Part shown: one piece after another, positions 12,400-24,672 of the stretch
Numbering within the stretch: the first letter of the stretch is position 1
Layout: each line of letters opens with the position of its first letter
From: Eledone cirrhosa
Taxonomy: Eukaryota
Direction: 5' to 3'
DNA length: 27,629 bases
Assembly: GCA_964016885.1 (NCBI GenBank)
Contig: CAXHJY010001569.1
Coordinates: 1 to 27,629 of the forward strand
Translations under genes and position numbers: made by a program
Notes under the pieces: generated by a model
The model's input: only the letters and a program-made list of their open reading frames with translations
Databases searched by the model: none
Told to the model about the DNA's origin: nothing

Positions 12400-13130
12400 A
12401 TTGTGCAAGGTCAGCTTTTATCACTTCATCCAAAGCTTTCCTAGGTCCCCCTCTTCCAGAGTTTCCACCAACTTCAAGCGCTTGGATATTCTTATACAGT
12501 TGTCATCCTCCATACATATCACTGCAATCTCCTCTCCTGCACACTGCATCTGACCTCATACCCAGGTTATCTCTCAGTTCATTGATGCTTTGCCATTCAT
12601 GCACACTACTATTACACATCCATTGAAGCATACAAGCTTCATCTCTCTTTGATCTTCGAAGGTCCTCTTCATACAGTACTCAACACTCACTTGCATGCAG
12701 CATTGTTGTTTGTACACAAGCATCATACAATCTGCTTTTCATTTTGAGGGAAAAACCTTTTGTAGCTAGTCACTCTGGCTACTGTACTTTTAGACCCCCC
12801 CCCCCCCCCTCCACTGCTAATTTAGTTACCCAGATAACAGAAGCTATCAACTACCTCTGAGCGTTTCATAGAGCTTATTTCCTGACCTCTTACTGCTCCA
12901 GTATATCAACCACACATAAAGCCTACATTCTTTGCTAGCCTGCTTGAGATCCCGCTATATCTTGTGTACCTATATTTTGTATTTAGAACATAGAATGACA
13001 TTTCTACCCACTTCTTTGCATACTAAGCAAGGCCATTTTCCTGAAGGGATCAGGGCCCCTAGGACTTTGCCAGGTTTCAGACCTTTTGATTACAAATTTT
13101 GCTTTGAGATCTGGAATTTCTTACATTTTC
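12400..13130 (-). mobile_element. Decayed RTE LINE fragment (RT C-terminal/zinc-finger region)
   Basis: Collinear similarity to 18930-19710 (CATACAATCTGC.TTTCATTTT, ACTCTGGCTACTGTACTTT, GGCCATTT.CCTGA.GG). Confidence 0.8.
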
Positions 13131-13772
13131 TTTCCGTAAGTATAGAGTATTAAGTTGAATAATGACCTAACTGGTCTTAACTAGTAACAGGTAAGAAAAA
13201 AATATAAATACATATGTACTTGTAAGTGTTACAAACCTGTTTCGATTCTGCTCTGTGAATGTGTCTATGTTGAAACAGTTGCTTTGGCATAATGCAAGGG
13301 AGGCTACTCTGCTATTCTAATTGTTTCCCCTTTTCGAATATACTTTATTAATATAGCGGCGATGTTTTGCAAGGTTTTTTGAAATATTATTTCTTAATAA
13401 AATATTATCAATAAATTTAATAAAAAGCGAAAAGTACTGATGCCAACACTTATAACTCTATCACTAGCAATACTACATTACACTAGTAATACTACTTATA
13501 GGGTCACTTCGTTGCTATTTCTGACAGACCACGTGACAATTATAAGGTTCCCATTGTTCTATTAGGTGTCTATTCTCTTTGTTTGTCACTTAGCTGCTAT
13601 TCTGTCATGTCCTTTATTTTTCTAATAATAACACGAATAATTATAATAGTAACCACAACAATAACACCAATAATAACGACAGCAAAAACATCAGTATAAC
13701 AGTAATAATAACAAAAACAACAACGTTAATAATAAACTGAGACAAACGAATCGCCTTCTGTATATTCAATCT

Positions 13773-13955
13773 TTAAAAAATGGTAAAATGAAAAATGAAG
13801 ATGAAAATAGAGAGAATGGAGGTCATTGTAGCAGCTCCACTAATGAGTTGTGTTCTTTTTTGAAGCCATTTCAAAGCTTCATTTTTACCCTGCCTCATTA
13901 GTTCTGGACCAATTATATCCTCACACAACTTGTTGTAATTATTCAACCAATAAAT
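13773..13955 (-). CDS. XPNPEP: Xaa-Pro aminopeptidase, terminal coding exon
   Basis: Acceptor TTTTTTTCACAG, phase 0; IYWLNNYNKLCEDIIGPEL..ALKWLQKRTQLISGAATMTSILSIFIFIFHFTIF*. Matches the WLNxYH..W..T.PI end of aminopeptidase P, plus a hydrophobic tail. Confidence 0.88.
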   Translation of the reverse strand: MYWLNNYNKLCEDIIGPELMRQGKNEALKWLQKRTQLISGAATMTSILSIFIFIFHFTIF

Positions 13956-14659
13956 CTGTGAAAAAAAACAGAAAGAGACAGAGAGAAAGGCTAAAAACAT
14001 TCACACAGTTTATTATATTTGGGGATCAAATCAAGATTCTTGCTGAACAAATACAAACGCAATTCAAGCAATTGCTATCTATTTATATTACTTATGTTAT
14101 GTTATGTTTATATTATTTATTTATTTGTTTGTTTATTTACATATGTGGGTGTAATGAAGAGAATAATGGAAGGAGATAGAGTGATAGATCGGCACCTGTG
14201 TGGTCTCAACTCATTTTTTCCTGTTGAATGATGATAACTTCATTATCATCATCATGGTCTCTTAACTCTTTTTAGGGTCATTGGGACACTGCAGTGTTGA
14301 ACGCTGCACCAACTGTCTCCATCTCTGGCAGTCATGGCTGAATGCTTGGGTTGTGGCGAAGTTCTTTCCCTTCCACTCAGCTATGTTGTCTGTCTACCAC
14401 TTCCTCTGTCTGCCCTGCACTGTTCCTTGGAGAATTGTCTTAGAGAGTCTGTCCGATTTTGTTACATGCTCATACCACCTCAGCTTATTACCTTACACCC
14501 ATGAGCCCAGCTCCTTAGCTACTAAACCCCATGCCAAACACTAACTTAATAACAAGAAAGAAAGTTATGTTACTAAATTTCTCCCAATTTTTTTATTATT
14601 TTTCAAATTATTTAAATATCATAGGCAATGTCTTTTATTAGAACATGCTGTAAAATGGT

Positions 14660-14805
14660 TCACATTAGAAATGGCATCCAGCCATAGAAAACCAGCTAAC
14701 CATGGAACATATAAGCAAGACATGGTCCCTGACCTGTCTAGCCTAATAACATTGCATTCTGTCTAACCCATAAATGTTTGGAAAATAGACATTAAAAGGT
14801 TATGG
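14660..14805 (+). mobile_element. RTE LINE 3'-tail fragment, opposite orientation
   Basis: GGCATCCAGCCATAGAAAA..AACCCAT..GGAAAATAGACATTAAA is the reverse complement of the LINE tail. Confidence 0.6.
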
Positions 14806-14819
14806 ATGTAGCAGTGTAA

Positions 14820-14985
14820 TATGGGATGCAAATTGGCAGGGTCGTTAGAACGTCAGATAGAATGCTTTGTAGTATTCATTCCAGCTCTCTGCTTTCTGAG
14901 TTCAAATCCCACCAAGATCAAATTTGCTTTTCATTCTTTCGACGTTGATAAAAAAAAGTACCAGTCCAGTACTGGGGTCGATTCT
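14820..14985 (+). mobile_element. SINE family A copy (decayed)
   Basis: AATTGGCAGGGTCGTTAG head, CTGAGTTCAAATCCC B-box, GATAAAAAAAAGTACCAG..ACTGGGGTCGAT. Confidence 0.65.
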
Positions 14986-15206
14986 TCCTCTATATCTCTT
15001 TCTAGCCTTCTCTGGAAGAAATCTGCTGTGTTCAGAACTAGAGAGGGATGGGCTCTGCCAGGCTTAAAATGTTCTAGAAAATGCTACCACGGTGCCCCAA
15101 CAACTCCATCAGAAGTTATGGGACCATGCACGCATTAATAGTGTTAGATTTTGTATGGCAGATATCAGTACATTTTGCTTTTTATGAAGCAATATTAAAA
15201 AGTGAT

Positions 15207-15431
15207 AATAATTGTTTCTACTTTAGGCACAAGGCCAGCAATTTGAAGGAGGGAGAGGAAAGTTGATTAAATCAATCCCAGTACATTACTGGTACTTTAT
15301 TTTATCGACCCCGTAAGGATGAATGGCAAAGCTAACTTTGGTGGGATTTGAACTCAGAATCTAAAGGGCCATAACTCTATGTCGCTAAGCATGTTGTCCG
15401 ATGCTCTGCCGATTCTGTCAATCCACTGCCC
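15207..15431 (-). mobile_element. SINE family A copy (near full length)
   Basis: Same motifs as 11003-11180, but retains an internal segment absent from the 5118, 7626 and 11003 copies. Confidence 0.75.
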
Positions 15432-15500
15432 TATGGTGATAATAATGAAAGGGTTAAAAGTTGTTTATGTATGTGATGATTTAGAATATTTGTTACATAC

Positions 15501-15599
15501 CTGGTCGTTAGACAACATGGAATAGTCAATGAGATTTGGTTCAAAAGGAACCAAAGTTATGGGCTTGAATTTTGAGAAGCTGAAGTTCATAAAACGATA
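15501..15599 (-). CDS. XPNPEP: Xaa-Pro aminopeptidase, internal exon
   Basis: TTTTCAG/GTATGT boundaries, 99 nt, phase 0-0; YRFMNFSFSKFKPITLVPFEPNLIDYSMLSNDQ (F..iTLVP..lid motif). Confidence 0.9.
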
Positions 15600-16555
15600 C
15601 TGAAAACAGAAACATAAGAGGTAAACTGCATTAGTGATTTCTAGAAAAGGGGACTTAATAGAGGACGTTTGTAGACACTTACATACATATATAATTTTAC
15701 ATTAATAATATACTATCACCCAGCACCACTTTACAGCATGGACTGGCTGCTTATATTCATGCCAGCAGCACTAGAGAGGTTGTCTTACAGGACTCTCCAC
15801 CCCTTACTGGCTCAGGGGTCCTCTCTACCATGTCTTTGACATGGTTTTAATGGCTGAATACCAATTCCATCACCTCCATTTTCCAGCATGGAGCGGGCGC
15901 TTTTATTCGTGTCACCAGCACTAGAGAAATTGTCTTACTGGACTTAGGGGGCTTCTCCACCCTGCACCAATTTATTTGGAACGGTTGCTCTCCTAGATGG
16001 GTTGCCTACAATTTGGCATTCGGAGCCTCTGTCTGCTCCATGCCTATTCTGAGTGGTCATGGGCAATTATTCATGTACTATTCACAACTCCTGACAAAAG
16101 CATCACCCCTTTTTGAACACAAAATACGCACAGCTGAAATAGATACTGCAAAATATCCTGCTTAACTCTGTAACAATTCTGCCAATCTCCTACCACTTTA
16201 TTTATTGGCCCCCAAAAAGATAATAGTAGGATTTGAATTCAGAGCAGATAGAGCTGGAACAACTGAAGTGCTTAATCCAATGCTCTGACAACAAACTCTA
16301 TATATTATCTTTGCACATATAAGCTCGTATATCTGACGAAATGTCGAAAAATAGTCGGGCCCCATCACCTTGATTGTACCCTGAGCTGATCGATATTGAT
16401 GCTAATGATGATGGTGATGATAGTGATGATGATATGCATGTAAACCATTGAGATGCTATATACTGCCAGTTGAGATAAATTTCAAATATTTTCAAGTAAA
16501 CTTTACCATTTATAATAAAAGAAATGAGAAAAAAAAAAAATTAGTTGTCCCTTAC

Positions 16556-16632
16556 TTTGGTTGTCGTGTTCTGAACCATCACTATAGTTTCCAGCCGGAT
16601 TCCAAATGCACCAGGTTCATAAAATCCTGGTT
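16556..16632 (-). CDS. XPNPEP: Xaa-Pro aminopeptidase, internal exon
   Basis: ACACAG/GTAAG boundaries, 77 nt, phase 1-0; (E)PGFYEPGAFGIRLETIVMVQNTTTK carries both metal-ligand glutamates (EPG, GIRLE). Confidence 0.93.
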
Positions 16633-17137
16633 CTGTGTAAAAATAATAATGAAAATTATTGTGTACAGTACTCTGGTGCACTACAACTCATCAAATGTGC
16701 ATGTATAGTACATAGAATAATGTACAAATGTCAGGAAAGTAAACAGTGTATGAGTCATGATATACACACAGATACATGCTTGCGTGTGTATGGTGGGGGA
16801 ATATCAGGTACAGTGTTGGTGAATTTCGGGAAGCATGGACATTTTGAAGGATGCAATGTTGAACAAACGGATGACGATTGGTCATTGGCACAGCACAGCT
16901 TTTATCGGGCTGTTTGTTTACAAATGAATCAAATATTATTATTTCTGTTTGTACATATGTATATGTATATATGTGTGTGTACGTATGCATACTTCCATAT
17001 ATATAAGTTGTACAAGAGTATTGTTTATCTTAGCTGTTATGTAGTAACTTCCTAATGATAAGCAGGTCCTACTGGATGGATGTGCATGGCCACCGGCATA
17101 TCACAATGATTGCATAACTGCACCAATGGTTGCATAA

Positions 17138-17188
17138 GCATCTGATGAAGTCACATGAATAACCATGTAACAGAAATATATATAATGC
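17138..17188 (+). ncRNA. Minimal type I hammerhead ribozyme (intronic, antisense to the host)
   Basis: Stem I GCAT/ATGC, CTGATGA at 17142-17148, stem II GT.ACATG/CATGT.AC with an A.A first pair, GAAA at 17173-17176, palindromic TATATA stem III, AUA triplet ending at 17184. Confidence 0.65.
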
Positions 17189-17244
17189 AATAAACAATTA
17201 TGGTGATTTAATCCCGTCTTAACTACCATTATTTGATATATATA

Positions 17245-17324
17245 TATATCAGCTAGGGTGTGGTAAAAACCAGCTAGACCATAACCCACCAGAGTACTTG
17301 ATAATTGGGGTAGTAGAGTGGGTA

Positions 17325-17330
<6 letters not shown>
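17245..17330. repeat. Dispersed ~85-bp repeat embedded in (TA)n; second copy at ~22513-22597
   Basis: TAGGGTGTGGTAAAAACCAG.TAGACCATAA..ACCAGAGTACT is shared by both copies. Confidence 0.85.
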
Positions 17331-17359
<29 letters not shown>

Positions 17360-17646
17360 CACACGCACACATATATATCTAATGTCTTTTAACATGGCTG
17401 ATGTTTGACCACACATTTATTCCCCTTTCTTTCTTTTGTTTGTCTTCCCTTTTCTTCACACTTCCAAAACAATATTTTCTTTTCCCTGTGTTTATTTTTC
17501 AGATAAAAGAATAGCAACTGAAACCCCAAGTCTCTTTTATTGTTTCTTTTAAACATTTAATTAAGATAATATTATTGTGAAGTGTTGTTCTCTAGTGTTG
17601 TTCAGAGGTATAGCAAGTATTGTAATATATATATATATATACTCAC

Positions 17647-17715
17647 CATCAGATAAGAACATACTCTCCATCAAATTAGTGAGTTCTCCAGGTGCCTTAG
17701 AAATTGATACAGGAC
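17647..17715 (-). CDS. XPNPEP: Xaa-Pro aminopeptidase, internal exon
   Basis: TTGCAG/GTGAGT boundaries, 69 nt, phase 1-1; (G)PVSISKAPGELTNLMESMFLSD joins VHE-G-P to SD-EPG in frame. Confidence 0.9.
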
Positions 17716-18430
17716 CTGCAAGTGTAAAATATCATATTATAATATATATATCATCATCATCATCACCATTTTACATCCGTTCTTCCATGCTAGCATGGGT
17801 TAGACGTGTTGTCCTGTTGTGGGCAATGTCTAGTCAGCTGATCTTGTTTTGCTCATACAGGAACTGATTCTGGCTTGATTTCTACAGCTGGATGCCCTTT
17901 ATAACACCTATATATATATATATATATTCCACTGTGACCTGTCTGTTTCTATTCCCTTACTGCTATCCTCTTTATCTCTCCCCCTTCTCTCTCCTTGTAT
18001 CTCTTACTTTCATTCACCCCCTCTGCTGGTCACCTTCTCTCGGCTGGCCTCTTCCTCACACTTTCACTCACTCACTCTCTGCTACACCTCCTCTCTCACT
18101 TCCTCCCATCTGACCTGTGTGAAATCCTTTTCTCGCTTACATTTTGCTGGGTTTGGACGCGTCTTTTTTCTTCTCGTCAATGATTTGCTAGAACTTAAGT
18201 TCCCATGTATCACTGACTTGTTTTCTCATCTTCCTCTCTTTACGTTGCCTTACCATTTTTGTTTGTTTACATGTGTCTCTTTCTCCACCCAATTCTTTTT
18301 ATCCCAATAACTTATTTTAGTTATTGTTTGCGCTCGCTTGAGGTATCTGGTCTTTAATGCGAAGAAATACCAATAATAGCCAGAAGATCACTGATGACGG
18401 ATAGTCCTGGTTTCTTGCTCTATTTTTTAA

Positions 18431-18433
<3 letters not shown>

Positions 18434-18463
<30 letters not shown>

Positions 18464-21400
18464 TTTGTTTAACGTCCATTTTCCACGCTAGCATGGGTTA
18501 GACGGGAGTTGCCCCACTTGAGGCAAGGCTGGTCGGGTGACCGTGTCTCGCTCATATAGGACTATCTGGCAGGTTTTCTATGGCTGGATGCCCTTCCTAA
18601 CACTAACCACATTTACAGTGTGGAACTGGGAACTTTTTACTGTGTTACCTACATGGCCACATTACAGCGTGGACTGTGTATGTTTTTTGTCGTGACACCT
18701 ACACGATCTCGATCTCATTTTCTCGTGCTGTTGGTGGGAGTGGGAGGATAGGGTAGGGGTAATGGATTGGGGTGTATATTTGGTTAAGAGGTGCCTACTG
18801 ACTGTAGGTTTTGCTTTGTACATAAGCAAGACGGGTCTCTGTATTACTGCGTAGCGCCAAAGATCTTGGTCCAGAGACATTGTCTTAGAGAGATGTAAGT
18901 GTGTGAAGTCAGAATTTATCAGATCATCCCAGGTTTTTCTGGGTCTACCTACTCGTAACTACCGTCAATTTTGATCACCCTGCACTTTTTTATGCAGCTG
19001 TCGTCTTTCATGCGCATCACATGACCATACCAACTTAGTCTTCTCTCAAGTAAACAGCATCTGATCCCTCTTATTCCTAATTTCTCCCTTAGTTCATTTA
19101 TGCTTTGTCGTTCACGTATATTACTATTACACATCCAACGGAGCATGCATGCTTCGTTCCTTTCTAGTCTACGCAGGTCCTCTGCACGTAATGCCCATGT
19201 CTCACTGCCATGTAGCATTGCTGTTTGTATACAGGCGTCATACAATCTGCCTTTCATTTTTAGCGGTATAAGCTCTCTGAACTGTTTCCATCCCGTTCTG
19301 ACTCTGGCTACTGTACTTTCAGAGCACCCTCCACCACTGATGATTTCATCACCCAGGTAACGGAAAGTTTCTACTATTTCTATAGAACCATCTGGGCAAT
19401 AGAAGGAGCTAGTATCCTTTGGACACTTGCTACTTATTGCACCTGAGCATCGGCCACATATAAAGTCTACGTTCTTAGATAGTTTACTTGTGATCCCACT
19501 ACATCTTTTATGTACCCATATATTGCATTTGGGACATAAAATGGAATTTCTGCCTACTCCTTTCCTACACACTGAGCATGGCCATTTCCCTGAGGGCACC
19601 TGTGCCCTATTTTCCTTTCTACAAACTAGAACTTTAGTCTTAGATAAGTTAACTTTAAGGCCTTTTGATTCTAGGCCATGCTTCGAATTCCATGTTTCGA
19701 ATTTCTTCTCTAGTTCAGCCATTGATTCAGCTATGAGCGTTAGATCATCTGCGTATAGGAGTTCCCATGGCAGCCGGTCTTGAACTCCTCTGTTATAGCC
19801 TGAAGGGCAATAATAAATAAGAGGGGGCTAAGGACAGAGCCTTGATGAACGCCAACTTTTACACTAAATTCTTCACAATATTCATTGTTAATTCTAACCT
19901 TACTGACTGTTTCATTATACATAGCTTGTATAGCTCTCACAAGCCATTCATCTACACCTAGTTTTCTAAGAGCCCACCAGATAATGGAACGGGGGACTCT
20001 GTCAAAAGCTTTCTCCAGGTCTACAAAAGCTAAGTAGAGGGGTTTACTTTTAGCTAGGTACTTCTCTTGTAGTTGTCGTACAAGGAAAAGAGCATCTGTG
20101 GTACTTTTACCTGACACAAACCCAAACTGCATTTCATCTAGATTAATTCGCTCTCTGATTAGTTGCGCTATAATTCTTTCTGTGACCTTCATGACCTGGT
20201 CAACTAACTTAATGCCTCTATAGTTACCCCTATCTAGAGCATCCCCTTTACCCTTGTAGAAGTTAATGATGATGCTGCTACGCCAGTCTTTCGGTATGAC
20301 CCCATTCTGTATTACTTGGTTAACTATACGGGTGACCATAGTGTGTCCCACCATACCAGATGCCTTCAACATCTCAGCAACTATCTGCAAAGGCCCAATT
20401 GCCTTGCCTGTCTTCATATCTTTGACTGCCTTACTTATTATACTACCTTTAACTTGCACCGCTGGTCCTTCTATTGAATTGATTTGGGGCAGACTATCTT
20501 TTTCCCATTTATTCTCCTCATTTAATAGTTTCTCGTAGTGACACTTCCAGGCTATCTTCTTATCAGTATCAGTGAGCCATTATCATTACAGACACACTTC
20601 TCCCCGACAATATCACGGTTTTCCTTGACACATTGTCTAGCAATCCTGAACACCTCACGTTTTTGGTCCTCACGTTGTAGAACATGCTTGAACTTTCTAT
20701 CTTCTGCTACCCTTTTTGCAAGGTACACTTGTCTCCTAGCTTCTCTCCTGGCCACTTGATAGTGTTCTCTACTTCCCCTATCCTGCCATACTTTCCAAGC
20801 CTGCTTTTTGGCCTTGATTGTCTCCTCCATCTTATTGTTCCTCCACCAAGTTACTCTCCTCCTGCCAATAGGTCTGCTCCAGCCACAGATTTCATCCGTT
20901 GCTTTCAGCAGGTTCACTTTCAAGAATTGCCACTGTTCCTCTATATTGCACGTCTCTAATTGCTCTTCCTTATTGTCAAAGGCATCAAGTAATAAGCTTT
21001 TAAATTCGTCACTGGCTATGGGGTCCTTCAACTTCCATATTCTTCTCCTCAAGGTAGGCCTCCTCTGTCATCGAGTACGTCTATTCCTGACTATGAGGTC
21101 ACTAACTACTAGGCTATTTTGGGAGGGGCATTCTTCATGGGGGACGGATTTAGTGTTTACAACAGACATTTTGTCCCGTCTTCTAGTAAGGATATAATCT
21201 ATCTGGCAGGCGTGTTCCCCTGATCTATAGGTGATCAAGTGGTTTTCACGTTTTTTGAAGTTTGTGTTACAGATAGTTAGGCTATTTGCGTCACAGAATT
21301 CCAGGATTCTGAAGCCCTCCTCATTTCTATTTCCAACCCCATAGCCTCCATGGATTCCATCATAGCCATCACTATGTTGTCCAATGTGACCGTTTAGATC

Positions 21401-21670
21401 GCCAGCAATAATTAAGTAGTCACTGTCGGTTATTTGGGAGGTAGTGTGCATTAGCATCTCATAGAACGTGTCCTTTATAACATCAGGTAGACCAGATTGG
21501 GGTGCATAAGCAGATATTATTGTCACAGTAGTTCTATTTAGAACTAGTCTTAATTCAATTATTCTGTCATTCACTCTATTTACGTCAATTACCTTATCTA
21601 CCCATTTTTCAGCTAACATAATTCCTACACCACCCTGTCTATTGTCATTTCCCACCCAGAAAAGTTTATG
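18434..21670 (-). mobile_element. RTE-clade LINE, 5'-truncated and frameshifted, in a host intron
   Basis: APE endonuclease at 21068-21670 (SAYAPQ, GDLNGHIG, QIDYIL). RT at 19740-20459 (NYRGIKL, QFGF, FVDLEKAFD, GVHQGSVLSP, then LLYADD after a frameshift). Cys/His finger and RTE C-terminus at 18949-19722. 3' UTR ends in a (TGA)n tail at 18434-18462. Confidence 0.93.
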
Positions 21671-21676
21671 TATATA

Positions 21677-22451
21677 TATATATTGTGTGTTAGTTTAGCC
21701 TACCACAATGTTCGTTTTGTCAAGCTATTTAAACGTATGTTATTACTCTAAGCCCTACCTTTTCGAGTGCTTTGCTAACTCATCACTTCATATAAGTAGG
21801 CTGAATTTACTTGCAAACCGCCAGAGATTCGATTTTACTGATTTCCAATTATATTATTCTCCTAGATTTAATAATTAACTAATTAATTTAATTAGTTAAT
21901 TATTAGTCTTTGTTTTATAACATCTAGTCGAGAGCTTATCATGATGATTAGCGGAAATTTAAAATATTTCCTTTTTCGCTAACATTTTGAATGAACCGCC
22001 TGGGACCGGGGGTTATTTCCCTTGCCGGAATTAACACGTGATAATTATAGATACGATAAGCAGCTTGTAGCAGCAACATATAATTTATCACTCCAATCCT
22101 AGGAAGAGCGATAAAACCTGTTGATTAACTAAATCCTACGTTCGATCACCAATACCATGAGCTTGCCTTTCAAGTAAGTCTGATATTTGATTTCAGATTC
22201 AAAGAAACACTTTAAACGATTGTTCGTTTAATTTGTCCAGGTGTACTTTTCTCAACCTGATTAGTTCTATCGTTACTTTGGTATATATTGCGTGTTAGAT
22301 TAGTCCACCACAGTGTTTGATTTGTCAAGTTATTTAAATGTATGTTATTACTCTAAGCCCTACCTTATCGAGTGCTTTGCTAACTCATCACTTCATATAA
22401 GTAGGCCGAATTTACTTGCAAACCGCCAGAGATTCGATTTTACTGATTTCC

Positions 22452-22459
<8 letters not shown>
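21677..22459. mobile_element. Short element with 178-bp terminal direct repeats, bounded by TA tracts
   Basis: 21677-21854 and 22282-22459 are diverged direct repeats (offset 605 bp) around a ~430-bp non-coding core. Confidence 0.7.
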
Positions 22460-22510
<51 letters not shown>

Positions 22511-22664
22511 TATATATCAGATAGGGTGTGGTAAAAACCAGGTAGACCATAAGCAACCAGAGTACTCGATACTCGGAGTAGTAAAGTGGGTATTATGAAA
22601 AGATTTTCATACATATATATATATATACACACACATATATATATATTTATATATATATATATAT

Positions 22665-23260
22665 GATGGCTGCAAACTCTGCTAAGAATATTTCAATCGC
22701 TTGTCAGATTACAGAAAATGATGCACTTTTAGGCTATGGCCAGCCACATGAACCTGTAACATATCCTGAACAAGCAATGTTTTTTAAGTGGGGAAAGGCC
22801 TTGCACTCAATCAATCCCACTCTCTGAGCATCGGAAACACTACCTGAAAAGGAGAACTGGTCAACATCATCGGATGCTTACGAAGCCGCAGGTTTATTTT
22901 CCAAAGTTTCCCTCTCTTAGAAAGGTGTTGTGACAACAACTGGGGGCCTTTCACTCCCTAGTGAAAAAAAAAAAAGTATTATTTGGATGGCCGTTGACTC
23001 TGCTGAGTTCCTCCACCCTTTGCTGGGTCTTGTATTTCATCCCGCAGAGTGTCCAAATATCACCCTCCTCAGGGGTTCCAAAGGGATACAAAGAATTGTT
23101 CTTTGTATACCACAGAAAAGTATAGGATTTTGCTAAACTTGAGAGCCACTTCGGCTTGCCTTAACTCAAAGACTGAGATCTTCAGATGCTGTCCTCATCT
23201 GAAATCGCATCTGATCTGTAACTGGATTGACACTCCTATGATAAATCAACCGCCTTGAAC
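22665..23260 (+). mobile_element. Penelope-like retroelement, GIY-YIG endonuclease/C-terminal fragment (decayed)
   Basis: GFQRDTKNCSLYTTEKYRILLNLRATSACLNSKTEIFRCCPHLKSHLICNW resembles the PLE terminal C.LC..EK..I..LN.rsE..s.C.H motif. It is followed by hammerhead-bearing repeats, as expected for a pseudo-LTR. Confidence 0.6.
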
Positions 23261-23442
23261 TCCTTCTCTGCTCTTTACTTCTGCTACGGTTTTTATTTTG
23301 TTGATTCTACGTTCTGTACTTTTGTATATTTATTTTTTTCTCCCTTACCTCCCCTTATACCCCCCCCCCCACATATATTCTTTTTGCCTTGCCCTTCACA
23401 TACCTATGTGTATGTGTATGTATATTTGTGTGTATATATATA

Positions 23443-23485
<43 letters not shown>

Positions 23486-23553
23486 ATATATATGTATATA
23501 TATATATATATTTGTGTGTGTATATGTATGTATATGTGGATAGACCAGGTTTT

Positions 23554-23613
23554 TTTCATTCTGAAGATTGACGGAAAAATTTTTTGCTTTTAAGAAACCA
23601 CTGGTGAATGGAA
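23554..23613 (+). ncRNA. Type I hammerhead, probably inactive copy
   Basis: CTGAAGA at 23561-23567, GAAAC-CACTG-GTG and stem I TTTCATT/AATGGAA are present. The triplet is GUG and stem II has mismatches. Confidence 0.65.
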
Positions 23614-23696
23614 TAATTGCCTTATGTTGCTTTATTACTTTACTACTATATATATGTATATGTAAGGTTCATTTGAATTATCTAAGACTGAGTTTT

Positions 23697-23749
23697 ACAC
23701 ACACACACACATGTATGTGTGTGTGTATGTGTATGTATGTGTATGTATA

Positions 23750-23814
<65 letters not shown>

Positions 23815-24371
23815 TTGTATTTGGTTGTGCGTGTTTATGATATGTACGTATTTGTATGTGTATAATTGTATAGCTATGTATGTATATGTGTGTGTATGTA
23901 TGTTTATATTTATGTATATATATATGTATGTGTATATAATTACATATACATATGTGTGTGTATATATTGTATACGTGTGCGTGTTTGTGCATGTATGTGT
24001 ATGTATGTGTTTATGTATTTGTATATGTATATTTATGTGTGAGAGTGTGTGTATGTATTTACTATTTCGTACGTATGTATACGTGCATTTGTGTGTATTA
24101 CTTACCACGCGTGTCTGTCCAGTTAGCTGCCTTCTGTATCGGTGTCAACAATTTTTAATATATATATAATTTTTTCTCATATTTATTTGCGTGTGTGAAT
24201 ATGTAGAGGAGTGCATTTATGTATGTGTATGTATGTACGAGTGTATATATGTATGATTGTGTGAATGTATGTATGTATATGTGTGTGTGTATGGCTATGT
24301 TTGTGTATGTGTATGCTTGTACACACATATATATATGTATATGTGTATATATATGTATATATATATATATA

Positions 24372-24404
<33 letters not shown>

Positions 24405-24475
24405 ATGTATGAGTGTATGTATGTGTATATGTGTATGTATGTGTATGTGTATATATATGTATGTATATATATGTG

Positions 24476-24528
<53 letters not shown>

Positions 24529-24570
24529 ATGTATGCTTTTGTGTTTTTGTGTGTGTGTTTGCATGTGTAG
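23697..24570. repeat. Compound (TA)/(TG)/(TATG) microsatellite field
   Basis: Low-complexity dinucleotide and tetranucleotide mixture; a similar tract lies at 23405-23540. Confidence 0.95.
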
Positions 24571-24672
24571 TTTTATTTTATTTTTCCTTTCCTTCTTCCT
24601 TCTCCAGCCTCACTTTCATATAGATTGCATTTTTGTTTTTAAAATCCAAATTCAATAAACAGACCAGGATTT

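Noticed and set aside
16333-16360. CTGACGA-AATGTC-GAAA-AATA-GTC hammerhead-like string
   Set aside because: No stem I, and stems II and III do not pair.
16606-17055. 149-aa plus-strand ORF
   Set aside because: No recognisable domain, overlaps a real exon in antisense, and ends in low-complexity sequence.
18391-18410. CTGATGA-CGGATAGTCC 5' half of a hammerhead
   Set aside because: No GAAA, stem III or stem I partner follows; at best a truncated remnant.
21745-22215. Hammerhead-like strings in the direct-repeat element (minus-strand GTGATGAG..CGAAA at ~21762-21788; plus-strand CTGATA..GAAAC at ~22180-22208)
   Set aside because: Each has a core defect and lacks either stem I or stem III, so neither is supportable without a family consensus.
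23255-24658. Many overlapping Y/I/C/V/M- or H/T-rich ORFs
   Set aside because: Artefacts of TA/TG microsatellites.
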